Notes: generated by a model from the sequence alone, not told the origin. 63,991 bases of DNA, filler included, from Basidiobolus ranarum (GCA_040143965.1; 3 parts of 3 records of this genome joined end to end with filler, not necessarily neighbours in it); one strand, 5' to 3'. Positions 1 to 12,885 are shown, counted from the first letter of the whole stretch. Made by a program: numbers and translations.

Positions 1-1184
1 TGGACCTGCCAGTTGGATTTGTAGACTCAGATAACAATAAAAAAGTTTGCAGACTCCAGAAAACACTCTATTGCATAAAACAATCTTTAAGAGCTTGCAA
101 TAGCCAGATGGATGGTTTTTTGGAAATACACAAATTTTAAAAGAGTAAAGCTGACTATAGTATCTACTTCAGGCCAGATACAACAAGCCCAGCTTTATTA
201 GCCTTATATATAAATGACCTTATTGTAGCAACCAGTGACTCAAAGACTTTGGCAAAAACCAAATCTAGCTGATCTGGCAAATTCAAAATGACTGATCTTG
301 TTGAACTCACATCCTATCTTGGAATACAAATTAAGATAGATAGAACTACCTAAACAATAACTTTAAACCAGTGTAAGTATATCCCAGATATACTAAAAAA
401 GTTCAATGTGGAACCATGTGATTGGTATCCACCCCAATGGAGACATATCTTAACATAACCAAAAATGGCTCAAATCAGATGTTCTTGGATTCAAATGAAA
501 GCTGGAAATTTGCTTATCAATCTATGGTTAGTAGTTTGATGTTTATCATGGTTGGAGCATGGCCAGATATTGCATATTGTATGGGAGCTATGTGCCAATA
601 TCTTCAAAATTAAGGAACTGATCAAATCAAAGAGATGAAGTGGTTTTTCAGTTATTTGAAAGGTATTGTGGATCTGGGCATAAAATATACATATTCTGAA
701 TCAAACTTTGATTGGATGGGATATTCAGATGCAAATTGAGGAAGAGATATTGAAGACAGGAGATCTACAACAGGATACTTATTTCTTTGCTATAATGGAG
801 CTATTTCTTGGAATTCAAACAACCTACCATAGCACTTTCAACAAGAGTAGCAGAATACAAGGCTGCCTGCAAAGCAACTAAAAAAGCAATATGCTTAAGA
901 AATCTCTTAACAGATGTAAGTTATTCTCAATATTTGCCAACTATAATGTTTCAGGAACAGCAAAGTTGTATCAAATTAGCTAAAAATCCCATGTATCATA
1001 ATTGAAGCAAACATATAGATATAAGACATCACTTCATTAGAGAGACTGCAGAGAATAGGTGTATTGACTTTACTTATTGTTCAACAGAAGACATCATTGC
1101 TGATATATATTAACCAAACCATTAGCTAGACAGAAATTTGAGAAATTTAGACCTTCCTTAGGATTAGTTTATATGACTACTTAG
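1..1184 (+). mobile_element. Degenerate Ty1/copia pol fragment (reverse transcriptase and RNase H) with many stops and frameshifts
   Basis: Translated fragments match copia RT/RNase H: LALYINDLIV (decayed YVDD), YQSMVSSLMFIM..WPDIAY, GYSDAN, KQPTIALST..AEY and KHIDIRHHFIRE. It is followed by a purine tract AGGGAGAG (1188-1195) and an LTR. Confidence 0.93.
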
Positions 1185-1195
1185 TGTAGGGAGAG

Positions 1196-1877
1196 TGTTG
1201 TATTAGCATTGCCTAAACATCTATATAGTCATATATAGGTTAGTACTTGGTTATCCTGTATTTGACCAAGATATTATCCATTATTTGTTAAACTGTTTGG
1301 GAGCCTGTTGGAATTGGTTTGGAGAATTACAGGAATTGGTGGTTTTCACTTGTTGATTTATTGAGTAGAAAGTTGACATTTAAAGTTTTGTCTAGATGTA
1401 AGCAAACAAACATGTAGAATGTGTTGAGGAATGTCCCAGTAACATGTGTGCAAAGTTTGGGGCTTCCAGCACAAGCTTGAAGAATCTATATATCTGAGAA
1501 CTTCTAAGTATATTCTGTATGAGAATAATGGATAATATCTTAGTGAATTATAAGATAACTAAGTACTAAGCTATATATGACTATATAGGTATTTAGGCAA
1601 AGCTAATTTCAACATTATTCTCAGTCAGAATTAACTTTGAATATAATTGCCAACTTGGAAGTTCTCAGATATATATATTTTTCAAACCTGTGCTTGAAGC
1701 CCCAAAATTTTGCACACATGTTTCTGGGACTTTCCTTGGCACTTTCTATACATTAGCTTGTTTACATCTGGACAAAACTACCAATGTCAACTTTCTACTC
1801 AATGAGTCAACAAGTAAAAACCACCAATTTCTCTGATTCTCCAAACTACTTCCAACAGGCTCCCAAGTACTTTAACA
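1196..1877 (+). repeat. 3' LTR of the copia element, split by a nested inverted solo LTR
   Basis: Begins TGTTG immediately after the PPT and ends TTTAACA. Segments 1196-1285 and 1620-1877 together match the LTR copies at 15002, 15313 and 39050. Confidence 0.9.
1286..1614 (-). repeat. Solo LTR of the same family inserted in inverted orientation, with 5-bp TSD TTATT
   Basis: Reverse complement of the family LTR with TGTT...AACA ends. TTATT lies at 1281-1285 and 1615-1619, whereas uninterrupted copies read ccattattctc. Confidence 0.9.
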
Positions 1878-3055
1878 GAAACTACTCATCTAGTTTGTTT
1901 CTTAAACTCCTCCAAAACTCCCAACACTAAATCCACAATGTTCTGAACACTTTTGGAATACATCTCCACTGCCATTTATCTTTATTCGTCACATAAGTAT
2001 AAGTACTCATTTCAATATAACCATGAGTGTAGATCATATACTTCTTCTAATTATCCTAAATAATTTCAATTCCTCCTAATACTCTTACAGCTTTCAATTA
2101 ATGGGTACTTTGAGTGATTATTGTCAATTCGTCACTCATTTAGTAAGCTGCACAGGCAATCTAGTCATAAGCATCCACTGATAATGATGGTGAGCCATGG
2201 TATGGCAAGATATTAGCTTGAAATGGATTATTAAGGGAGGCCTCTGTTGTGCATAATTGAAATGCAAATTAAAATATATTATAATCAGAGGTCAAATATC
2301 TCATTTAGCATATATTCCAGTTCTTTCACCGAATTGATGATACATAGTAGTCATTGGGATGAAGTAGCTGCTAGATAGCAGTAGCTCTAGAAAGAGAGGG
2401 TGAATAAAAGTGCAATTTTGCAGAGTTATCATCTAGGTTGGTATTCTTTTGCTTGAGTTAGGAAGATGGGAACTAACATGAGTAAGGGTACATTATTGTT
2501 TTCTTCATGTAAACAGGAATTCCTTGTTTGCTACCTACACTGCTTAACATAACAAAAGGAGTGGATTTGTTAGTGCTAAGCATGATCTACTGTGAATAAT
2601 AGTAACTATTTGTACTTTGATAATAATCTCAAGAGATTCAATCGCTTTATCTACCACGATGCTGGCAATTTCATCCGCAACTTTCTCCTAGTTTGTGTTT
2701 AAACTTGTTCACACGCATGATTCCCCCGGGGTAGCCCTTCTCACAAGAGCTTCACTACATACTGCCCCGATATATATGGAATAAAATGAATTCTGTGTGT
2801 CAATGAACACAATTTGAAACTCCCCTGCCATTGGTAGAGAATACTACGATAAGATTCCCATAATAATGAGAGTGTGTTTCGTTATATACATCTAGCCTAT
2901 TGTTTCACCACTTATCATTGGCTAGCACAGCCCACAAAATGAGCAGTAACTTGTTACACCGCCTTTCAAGAGGTGAGCAGTATATTCCAACTTGATTTAG
3001 GAATCCTACTTGTAATCATACTTTTGATACTTTCTGTAACCGATCCAAAGTGTTC

Positions 3056-3125
3056 TTACGTAGGCACTTCTTGACAGTTGTATTTCTAAATTACGTAGGC
3101 ACTTCTTGATAGTTGTATTTCTAAA
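3056..3125. repeat. 35-bp tandem duplication (2 copies, 1 mismatch)
   Basis: ttacgtaggcacttcttga(c/t)agttgtatttctaaa occurs twice in tandem. Confidence 0.9.
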
Positions 3126-3752
3126 TATTCCCGTCGTACTGACTACTCATATGTATGTCCTATGAGGGGAAGAAACATCGAGTATATTGTCAAATGTTTC
3201 TTTAATGTCTATTTTGCTCAATAATTTTGGAGTTCGAAGAGTCCACAGAATCAAGTTACATATACTACATACCAACGTGATCCCCATTGAATAGGTTCGC
3301 TACTTTCTATTAAAGGTAGTCGTAACAAGCTTAGATCCATGAAACAAACTAGTTTAGATGGCATCAGGTGAAGAAATTCCAGGCGCTTGATAAGTCACAA
3401 TATGGAGTATTTATTCTGGAAACTAAGTAGCATTATATTCGCTCATACTAGGGTGATTTAGTTAGGGATTAGCCAAAGAATATAATAGGTTATGTATCAG
3501 TCTGATGGTGAATAACTCCAAACATTAGATGACTTGGAGAATTCTGAATAATACTATGAAATGAGCAATATTCCAAAGCAACATCAACACTGATAATACT
3601 AATATTCACATGAACCATCACGTACTACTTGGTAGATCCATACTATATGAAGTTCCAAAGTGGCTTAGAACATAGCAAGAAACGAGTACTTAAATACCTC
3701 GGCTCGGTAACTTCAACATTATACTTTTCAGTACTTCGACCAATCTCATAAC

Positions 3753-4202
3753 ATGCCTACCTCTACCGAATCTTTATATCAATGGGTCCCAGTAAAGAAT
3801 GGTGAAGTCCCCACTGACAAAGCATTGAACGTTTCTGAGACCTACTATATTGGTCGTTTCAATCATCCCGAGAGTGGCGAACTTGTCTATGGTACTGCTG
3901 CCTCAGATACCAAAAAACTCTGGTATCCTTGGGGTGGAAATGAGCACACCACTGAGAACTATGAAATTCTAGTTCTTAATCCAGGAAGTAAGGCACTTTG
4001 GGTACCAACCAAGGCACCTCAGGTTCCTGAAAACGCAGCCGGTGAACAAGGCACCTTTATTGCTCGTGCCTCAGTAGGTGGTAGATTAATTCCAGGAAAG
4101 TACATTCCATACCAATGGGGTGGCAAGTTCTACGCCGCTTTACACGGAAAAGAACATGAGCTAACTGACAACTTTGAAGTATTGGTAATTAAATCCGAAT
4201 AA
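3753..4202 (+). CDS. DM9-repeat (DUF3421-like) protein with two repeats, putative lectin
   Basis: Two units of WVP...VP..A......Y/FIG/AR......G.....Y....G.EH....Y/FE.LV. Intronless, with an AATAAA downstream. Confidence 0.8.
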   Translation: MPTSTESLYQWVPVKNGEVPTDKALNVSETYYIGRFNHPESGELVYGTAASDTKKLWYPWGGNEHTTENYEILVLNPGSKALWVPTKAPQVPENAAGEQGTFIARASVGGRLIPGKYIPYQWGGKFYAALHGKEHELTDNFEVLVIKSE

Positions 4203-5261
4203 TGCCTTTAGTTGATATTGATTATACGTAATCGGTTATCATCAGCATCAACCATTAAAATGATTTGACTGGCAAAATAAATTTCATTTCATTTCAAATT
4301 AATTCAATTGTATCAGTAGTATTGAGAGATGCTGAGGCGATCTACAGTCATAGTTCATAGTAGTTTTAGCTCGTAAATTTGTGGCCGTGTGGTAATTGAG
4401 GTACCAATATGTATTGAAGTTAATATCGTGGCACTGACATGTTTATTAGGGTCTGGTCAGAGAGCTAGAGTTCAGTCATTAAATGACCATGAGATAATGC
4501 TGGTCTAAGCCCTGTAACTAATGGAGTCAAGAGTTGGCAATCGCGCAATCTTGCAATCTCACCATGAATGAGCTAAGGATCCTTCGACCATAGTGAAGTT
4601 ACTCCATAAACCAATAAATTCATTATTGCAAGAAATAGCTTGCATACATCATAGTTAGCTGGAAAGTGGAGTAGGAAGATTTCGTTTCATATAGCAATTT
4701 CAATGTGCGAAGTAAGTGACTCCAGAGAAACATCACTCCTCCAACCTGCCACTCCCCTTGTGCATCGCCTCTCTTTTCTTGTCACTCCCCTTGCCTCATC
4801 ACTCCTCTTGTCAATTTAGTATTAGTCATAATATATATCAGTGATCAAGATCTGTCGTAGCCCAACAATTGGGAATGTTCGACCTGCGATTATGTAACTT
4901 ATCAATACTGACAGGGAGGTGTAACAAGGTACTATCTGATCAACTACTCAAATAAGCGGATGCTTATCGATCAGTCACGATGGTCATTATTTCTTCGATG
5001 ACCTCATCGTTGCTGATTGTTCTCTTTTTATACAAAAATCGGCGTAAATAAATAGTTCGATTAAGCAGATCAACCGAGTCATTGGGGCGAGCACGCATTC
5101 CTTGGACTAAACATCCTGATACACAGTTTTTTTAGAAGATACCATGTGATTTTGATTGTTAAAGTTCTATTTTAATATCGTAGGAAATTTACAAAGCATT
5201 TACATTGTTATGATAGTTATATACAAAGGCGAATAGGAACATGTGGTACATATAAGGCAAA

Positions 5262-6278
5262 TTAACAGATATCGTAAGATGGAGGTAGAGGAATTGAAGT
5301 GGCCTCTGAATCTAAAGGACGGATAGCTACGTGATAGGAAGGTGGCAACTCCACGGTATGATAAGCGGGAAGTTGATCCAACTCCAGTGCATTAACCGAT
5401 GCAACTATCTCAATTGGGATATTCAAGGTAATACAATCTTTCTCACCGGTTTCCTTTTCCCAGTCGACACGAACCACGATATCGTGAGTAACATCGACTA
5501 AGGTATTGATGCAATTTAAGCTGGTGTTCTCCGGCACCTTCATGAGTAATGTCTTGGTATTTTCATCAGTGTTGAACAGAGTAGATGTAGTGCTGAGACG
5601 TTTTACATATTCTGCCACTGATAGGCGAGTTTGATCACTCTTAGAGGGGATGTGAAAGTAAGTATATTCCTTGAGAGCACAAGTGACATTAGTCACCTTC
5701 ACGGTTGGATCAAGTGCTAGTGCAGATATCTGAATATCGAACTTTTCACCGGGTGTGTATTTGGCTGTGGGTAATGCGGCTTTGCAGGCAACTTTATTAG
5801 GAAGGGTCTGATCGAGTTTGTACTCTTCGGAGGGCTCTTCCATCATATCAATGTTACGCTGAATATACACCGGCACCTCCGACTTCAGATCTGAGCTAAT
5901 AAATGTTGTCTCAACCACCGCTTTGAGGGTATACTTGATCTTTCCATACTCACTTCGGAATGATTCGGGTAGATCATTTGGAAGCAAGATTTCAAAGGGG
6001 AACATATGCTGTCCAGAGATTGAAGCAACCTTCTTAGGTTCGAGGAGAGTAATTGTGAGGTCGACAATATTTCGACGAGTCTTTTTCAAAGTACCTGGAA
6101 AAGTCATGGCTAATTTTCCACTGAATTGTAGAAAAATTCTTTTCACTTTTAACAATGCACTGGAGTTCAATGCTACAACGCCACGCAGACTCATCTGTTG
6201 CATGTCTAAACCCATGTAAGGGTTGGCGTAGATGGTGTTGTTCTGAAGGATAACACTTAGTGATGATGATGAAAACAT
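5262..6278 (-). CDS. Alpha-arrestin (arrestin N/C domain) protein with PPxY motifs
   Basis: Contains FPFEILLPNDLPESF..EYGKIKYTLKA and C-terminal LPAY, PPSY, PPSY. A TATAAA-like element lies upstream on the minus strand. Confidence 0.88.
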   Translation of the reverse strand: MFSSSSLSVILQNNTIYANPYMGLDMQQMSLRGVVALNSSALLKVKRIFLQFSGKLAMTFPGTLKKTRRNIVDLTITLLEPKKVASISGQHMFPFEILLPNDLPESFRSEYGKIKYTLKAVVETTFISSDLKSEVPVYIQRNIDMMEEPSEEYKLDQTLPNKVACKAALPTAKYTPGEKFDIQISALALDPTVKVTNVTCALKEYTYFHIPSKSDQTRLSVAEYVKRLSTTSTLFNTDENTKTLLMKVPENTSLNCINTLVDVTHDIVVRVDWEKETGEKDCITLNIPIEIVASVNALELDQLPAYHTVELPPSYHVAIRPLDSEATSIPLPPSYDIC

Positions 6279-6381
6279 CTTGACTTGTGAATTAGTGATG
6301 GTGTATCACTTTGTGGCGACCCTCAGCCTTTATAAATCTCAACGAAACGAAGATTAAGAATTGATTCCATATAAGGGAATG

Positions 6382-6455
6382 TGATTGTTATCAATAGTTA
6401 GTGAGTATATGATTGTTATCAATGGTTAGCGAGTGTATGATTGTTATCAATGGTT
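6382..6455. repeat. 28-bp tandem repeat (about 2.6 copies) in the arrestin promoter, each unit with a GATA site
   Basis: tgattgttatcaat(a/g)gtt starts at 6382, 6410 and 6438. TTATCA reads TGATAA on the minus strand. Confidence 0.75.
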
Positions 6456-8177
6456 TGCAATTACAATCACGCTGCGGTGACAAAAAAGAAAACAAATAAA
6501 TCAAATGGATTATATCAACACATTGATATAAAGCCTAGTTCGGTGCTTGGATAGGATCCAATCGATAAAACCAACAGACACATCTCCAGATTGTATGAGA
6601 AGTCCATGAGAAATCCATCGGATAGGATGCACCATCCCTATTTGGGGAATTGAATTTAGATAACCGTTACTACAATGGAAGATCAGGGGAAATGATTAGT
6701 GAATGGCTAGGGTTTCAAATGGAATCCCATTTTCTTGATTTGGTAACAACGTGGTTAGTGAGGTACGCAATAACCAGGTAAAGAACGCGATCCAAGATGT
6801 CAAGATTCGCCCCAAGTTGCGGAATACAGATATATTAGAGATGGTATTGCCAATTTCCACACCCTGCAATTTACTAGCCATCCGTAACAAGTAACCTGTT
6901 TGAAAAATGTTTCAAATACGGTGCCTCTATAATTATCCCACTGATGCCCTGATAATGGGAAGATCTTTTATGTCAAGGAGGGCGATATATATAGTAACAC
7001 ACTGTATATACATTTGGTATAATACTAATGGTGATGTTGCTTCAATTCACTATCTATCTCACAATTGACTATCTGAAAACTGTTCATCGACCGGATCTAT
7101 GGATATTGCATTAGTGACTTATAGCTGAATATGGAGGGCTTGGGAGTCTATCCGCATATCGTATATTAGATATCGCTTCTGGATACGAACGAGAGCCATT
7201 TCAAGTAGATAATGATAAGGGAGAAGCGATTTCTTTAATAACATTGCGCTTTCCTAACTAGATGATCAACAATACGCATCAATGATTTAGAAAAATGAGC
7301 TGGTAGACTTAATTGAACCTACATATATATTACCATTTGATTCTGTCTGACTAAAACATACAGCACATCATTGGGAACCAGATAAGATTTGCGCTAAAAT
7401 TAATTCACTCCTCTATGAGACAGTTATTAAATTGTTGGTTTAGTCTATATTTGTATAATAAGGGATCTGAGACTTGGGTACGAAAATAGCTGAGACTGAT
7501 CCCTGATACCAACGATAACGAAATCATTAATATTGTCACCACATTTGTCGAGTCACCGATCCATAATGATGTCAAGATTAAGTTCGGATCTACCACGTTG
7601 TAGCTACAAACAATTAGATTGTCGTATCCACTTTGAGCGTATGACTGTCTTCCAGCTCCCTTAGCTAAATCCACTCGTATCAGTAGTATTGCCTATCTTC
7701 ACCATCACTAGGATCCGCCTTTTACCTCAACGATAGTGAATGGTCCAGCTATCGTGATTAGACGATTTTCTTCTGCTATCATCAGCTATATGATTGCCTT
7801 TAGCCAATGACTACATTGGGGCCATATCAAGATTAGCTTACTATTTTGGCGTTGAATTGAATGTGTATCATGCGTTATCGAGGAAAACCTATTATCGGGA
7901 AGCTACCAACCAAATGGTGTGCGCTATCGAGTAAGCACTGTATATTATGCGTTATCGCGAGGTACTTGGGGTGATCACAACACTTCAACTAGTAAAATAG
8001 GTTATTGGTGTTACCATTATGGTAATCAAATTTGAATTACACTGACTGCTTTATCAAAGAATGAATCCTCTTTTCAAAGCGCCGCCTATATATAAAGGCA
8101 CATTAGTTGGGTAATGCTCACCGTCCAACTTTCCCATTCATAAGTGAAAGCATATCAATCACAAATAAGTTATCCAA

Positions 8178-9179
8178 ATGTTCTCTTCTTCATCACTTGA
8201 TATTGTTCTTCAGAACAATACGCTCTATCCAAATCCCTATAATCAGGAGGAATCTTCCCAAATGAACTTACAGGGCTGTGTTGTGATCAACACAAGCTCA
8301 GTATTGAAGGTTAAAAAGATATACCTCCAATTCAGTGGGAAATTAGCCGTGCACTTCCCAGCTGCCATCAAAAAAACTCGTCGCAATCTTGCTGAGCAAA
8401 CCATTATACTTCTTGAACAAGATAAACCCACTCCCATCTCTGGCCAGCAGGTTTTCCCCTTTGAAATCCTGCTTCCAAATAATCTACCCGAATCATTCCG
8501 GGGTGAATTTGGAAAGATCAAATATACACTCAAGGCTGTGGCTGAAACGACATTCACTAGCTCTGATTTGAAATCAGAAGTGCCAGTATACGTTCAACGT
8601 AGTGTCGACACGTTGGAGGAGCCCTCAGAAGAGTATTCACTCGAGAAGACACTTCCTAACCAAGTTGCTTGTAAAGTGACATTACCCACCATGGAATACA
8701 CACCTGGCGAGAAGTTTGATATTCAAGTATCAGCGGTAGCACTTGATCCAAGCGTGAGAGTAACCAATGTTACATGTTTTCTCAACGAATACACCTACTT
8801 CCGCATTCCCTCCAAGAACGATCAAACCCGATTGTCAGTGGCAGAATATGTGAAGCGTCTCAGCTTTTCATCCGCTCCCTTCAACGCTGATGAGAATACC
8901 AAAACCTTACTCATGAAGACTCCAGAGAATGCTAGTCTCAGCTGTGTCAATACTCTTGTTGAGATATCTCATGAGTTAAGTCTTCGTGTTTATGTGCAAT
9001 CTGCCGAGGGAGTAAAGAACTGTTTACCAATCATCGTTCCTATCAATGTTGTTTCGTTTGTGACCACACCTGAATTGGATCAACTGCCCATGTACCACGC
9101 CGTGGAGTTACCACCAGCATATACCCATTGTTCGGATGAGTTGATCTCACTCCCTCCAGTATATTGCTCTTCCGAGTAA
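8178..9179 (+). CDS. Alpha-arrestin protein, paralog of 5262-6278
   Basis: Colinear similarity to the first arrestin over its whole length, with LPMY, PPAY and PPVY motifs. TATATAAA lies near 8088. Confidence 0.88.
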   Translation: MFSSSSLDIVLQNNTLYPNPYNQEESSQMNLQGCVVINTSSVLKVKKIYLQFSGKLAVHFPAAIKKTRRNLAEQTIILLEQDKPTPISGQQVFPFEILLPNNLPESFRGEFGKIKYTLKAVAETTFTSSDLKSEVPVYVQRSVDTLEEPSEEYSLEKTLPNQVACKVTLPTMEYTPGEKFDIQVSAVALDPSVRVTNVTCFLNEYTYFRIPSKNDQTRLSVAEYVKRLSFSSAPFNADENTKTLLMKTPENASLSCVNTLVEISHELSLRVYVQSAEGVKNCLPIIVPINVVSFVTTPELDQLPMYHAVELPPAYTHCSDELISLPPVYCSSE

Positions 9180-9771
9180 GATTCCTTGTACAAACGCTGT
9201 TGATCCATATTTAATAATCTAGTATATATGTATTGTGTAAAGTGCGTGTAAATAAGCCTAAATTCCTTCATAACCCTAACCCCTAAACCACATCGCTATA
9301 GAATGAGTGATTAATTAAAGAAACTATAAATATTATCTTATCCAAATACTTGATCGTTTGATAACAAATTGGCATCGTTTTGTAAAGTGGATTAAGTGGG
9401 TTATATAATCATTATGTAATCATGGATTGTTGATGTTTAAACGACGGGTGCGTATACAAAAGCATCTGTCCAAGTAGGAAAAAAAGAAAACAAAGAAAAT
9501 TTTTCATCTCTAATGTGTCAGAAAAAAAATCCAAATTACTTGCCATTAGGGAATCTAGTAGAAAGTAACAGAAGGAAATCTCAGTGGAGAATCATTTTTT
9601 TCTTTTTTTTTCTAAGGAATTCTCTGGCTCTGAACTATCATTCGAATTTCGCACCCCCCCTTACAAGTTACTAACCCCGGTTTGCTTTGGTGACTACAAT
9701 TCAATTCTTGTTTTTGATTAGTACTCTTATCGCTCCTCTTTGGTAAAAATAAAGCAATAGAATAACCGATA

Positions 9772-11787
9772 ATGAGCGCTGTTTACGCAACCGACGAATA
9801 TGGTCGCCCCTTCATCATTGTTAGGGAGCAACAAAGAAAGAGCAGACTTCAAGGTATCGAAGCACAAAAGGTGAGTTTTGCTTTTGATCCCCCATGGTCT
9901 ATTCCATCCGAGTCCTGATGATGAAGGCTATATTGTTTATTACACCTATCTACACTATCTTACAATCCTTTGTCTTCGTAGTCTCATATTTTGGCTGCCA
10001 AAACTGTCGCAAACATCATCAAATCTTCTTTGGGTCCAAGAGGTATTACTTTGGTTTCACATATATCATCCCGAATATCATAAAGCAAGTCATAATCTGT
10101 TAGATTGTGCCCGATCAATCGCTTATCCACTCTTCAATACCGACATTTCCGACATATATTAAATTCTTCCTATTCCCTAGGTCTCGACAAGATCTTGATC
10201 TCTTCAGATGGTGATATCACTGTCACCAACGATGGTGCTACTATTCTTGGTCAAATGGAGGTTGAACATCAAATTGCTAAGCTTTTGGTTCAATTGTCCA
10301 AGTCACAAGATGATGAGATTGGTGACGGTACTACCGGTGTAGTTGGTAGGTTCACGCTTATTTCTCATCATATGATGATATCAACTGTTGCAACAAATAT
10401 TAAATCTATACATGTGTACTATAGTCCTTGCTGGTGCCCTCTTGGAGCAAACCGAGGAACTTTTGAGCCGTGGTATCCATCCCATCAGAATCTCCGATGG
10501 TTTCGAAAGAGCTTGCCAAGTGGCCATCTCTCACTTGGAAACTGTATCGGATGTTGTGGAGTTCAGCAAAGATAACACCGAGAACTTATTCAAGACTGCC
10601 ATGACCAGTTTGGGAAGCAAGATGTAAGTAACATGATCAGTATTCTTTCATATCTTTTCACTTTATCTGATCAATTTTCTTCAACTAGCGTCTCCAAATG
10701 TCACTCACAATTCGCCCAAATCGCTGTCGATGCCGTTTTGGCCGTTGCTGATCTTGAGCGTAAGGATGTTGATTTCGAGTTGATCAAGGTCGACGGCAAA
10801 GTTGGTGGCTCCATGACCGATACCATTCTAGTCAAGGGTGTTGTTGTCGATAAGGAGATCTCCCATCCTCAGATGCCCCGTGATATTCAGAATGCCAAGA
10901 TTGCCATCCTCACATGTCCATTCGAGCCACCCAAGCCTAAGACCAAGCACAAGCTTGACATCACCAGTGTTGAAGAATACAAGAAATTGCAAGATTATGA
11001 GCGTGAACAATTCGAAGGCATGATCAGTAAGGTCAAGGAATCTGGCGCTAACTTGGTCATCTGCCAGTGGGGTTTCGATGATGAAGCTAACCATCTTCTT
11101 TTACAAAACCAACTTCCAGCTGTTCGTTGGGTTGGTGGACCTGAACTTGAGTTGATTGCCATTGCTACTAATGGTAGAATCGTACCCCGCTTCGAGGATC
11201 TTTCCCCCGAAAAGCTTGGTACTGCTGGACATGTCCACGAACTTTCATTCGGTACCACCAAGGATCGCATGCTTGTTATCGAGGAATGTGCCAACACACG
11301 TGCCGTTACCGTATTCGTTCGTGGTGGTAACAAGATGATCATCGATGAGGCCAAGCGCTCTCTCCACGATGCCATTTGTGTTGTTCGTAACTTGGTTCGT
11401 GATAACCGTGTTGTCTATGGTGGTGGTGCTGCTGAAATTGCCTGTTCATTGGCCGTTTCCAAAGCTGCCGATGAGATCTCCTCCATTGAACAATATGCTA
11501 TGCGTGCCTTTGCCGCTGCTTTGGACTCAGTTCCTTTGACTTTGGCTGAGAACAGTGGTCTCTCACCCATCGAGACTTTAGCTGATGTCAAATCACGTCA
11601 AGTGACCGAAAACAACTTCCGTCTTGGTGTGGATTGTATGTTGAAGGGTAGCAATGATATGCGTGAGCAACATGTGTTCGACCCACTCATTTCCAAACGT
11701 CAACAATTCCTTCTTGCCACTCAATTAGTCAAGATGATCCTCAAGATTGATGATGTCATCACGACTGCCCCTGACCAACAACAATAA
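9772..11787 (+). CDS. CCT5: T-complex protein 1 subunit epsilon (5 exons)
   Basis: The spliced model gives [47 protein letters not shown] and [20 protein letters not shown] introns are at about 9871-9981, 10043-10180, 10346-10424 and 10624-10688. Confidence 0.96.
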
Positions 11788-12301
11788 GTTCATCTGTTTG
11801 TGAGGGGGAGAGATCCCTTAGGTTCTCTATCAATACACACTATGCTCTTTCCCCCTTTCCTGCCCCTTTCTCTCTCTATTTCCCATGAATTATACACACC
11901 ACGACTTTGATAAAGATGTCATATAATGCTTTAATCTTCCGAAAATTTTATTCATTAATATATTTGATGTATACTGTTGCTCCTCAAACTAGTTTATATG
12001 AGTACAAATGTGGGTACGGGAATAGGAATGGGAATGGGATGCAATTCAGTAAGAACACATACATCCTTGACATTTATCTTCAATATCAAATAAATCATTT
12101 CAAAAATCCGTACCAGGTGTTTATTTAGTGTTTATTGAATGAAAAGAAATGGAAGAAGCTAGGTCGATGTGGGAAATTTCGCTCTACTCCGCAGCCAATT
12201 CCCACGCTCAACTGGGGTTACGTTGTTCACGGACACTATATAATAACCTTATTTGCGAAGGGCTTATATCAGTGACCTTGTTAACCCTAAATCTACATAT
12301 C

Positions 12302-12700
12302 ATGTCTACAGAGCTTATCTCGAGTCGAGGAAGTTGTCACTGTGGCAAAGTAGAATTCACCGTACTTATACCGAAGGAGATCACCGCGATAGACTGTAAT
12401 TGTTCAATTTGTATGAAGAAAGGTGGACCACACTTGATTGTAGGTCAAAGTAAATTTCATTTGAATCCAAACAGTACCGAGTATCTTAGCAAGTATCAAT
12501 TTGGCACTCGTGTGGCTCAACATTTCTTTTGTAAGATATGTGGAGTTCATCCTTATAGCATACCTAGAAGTAATCCAGATGGATTTGATATCAACGTGAG
12601 TTGTTTAGAAAACCTTGATCAATTGAAGGTCACCGTGGATCCTTTTGATGGTCAGAATTGGGAACAACAACGTTCTTTGGAACATCTATCCGCAGAATGA
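12302..12700 (+). CDS. GFA / CENP-V (Mss4-like) zinc-binding protein
   Basis: Motifs GSCHCG, CNCSIC, HFFCKICGV, PRSNPDG and FDGQNWE. Likely start is MSTELISS at 12302, although the ORF is open from 12149. Confidence 0.9.
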   Translation: MSTELISSRGSCHCGKVEFTVLIPKEITAIDCNCSICMKKGGPHLIVGQSKFHLNPNSTEYLSKYQFGTRVAQHFFCKICGVHPYSIPRSNPDGFDINVSCLENLDQLKVTVDPFDGQNWEQQRSLEHLSAE

Positions 12701-12885
12701 TTCTTGACTAATCTAAACCATTCAACTTCGTTCATGTCACAATAAACATTCCAAAGCAAAGCTCTTTTTGAAAGTAAAGAGGATTTATTTTACAAGATAC
12801 GTTCAATGACAACAAAATTGAGAGTTAAAGTGATTAGCTTTCTCAAACCTTAACCCCTAAGCCTAACCTTTTAATTTGGTTCCTC

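Noticed and set aside
4732-4812. Short cactcc(c/t)cttg repeats
   Set aside because: It is a pyrimidine-rich low-complexity patch with no clear structure.
9271-9290. Telomere-like CCCTAA motifs (also near 12850 and 27188)
   Set aside because: Each has only 2-3 degenerate units. They could be Tbf1/telobox-type sites but cannot be supported as a feature.
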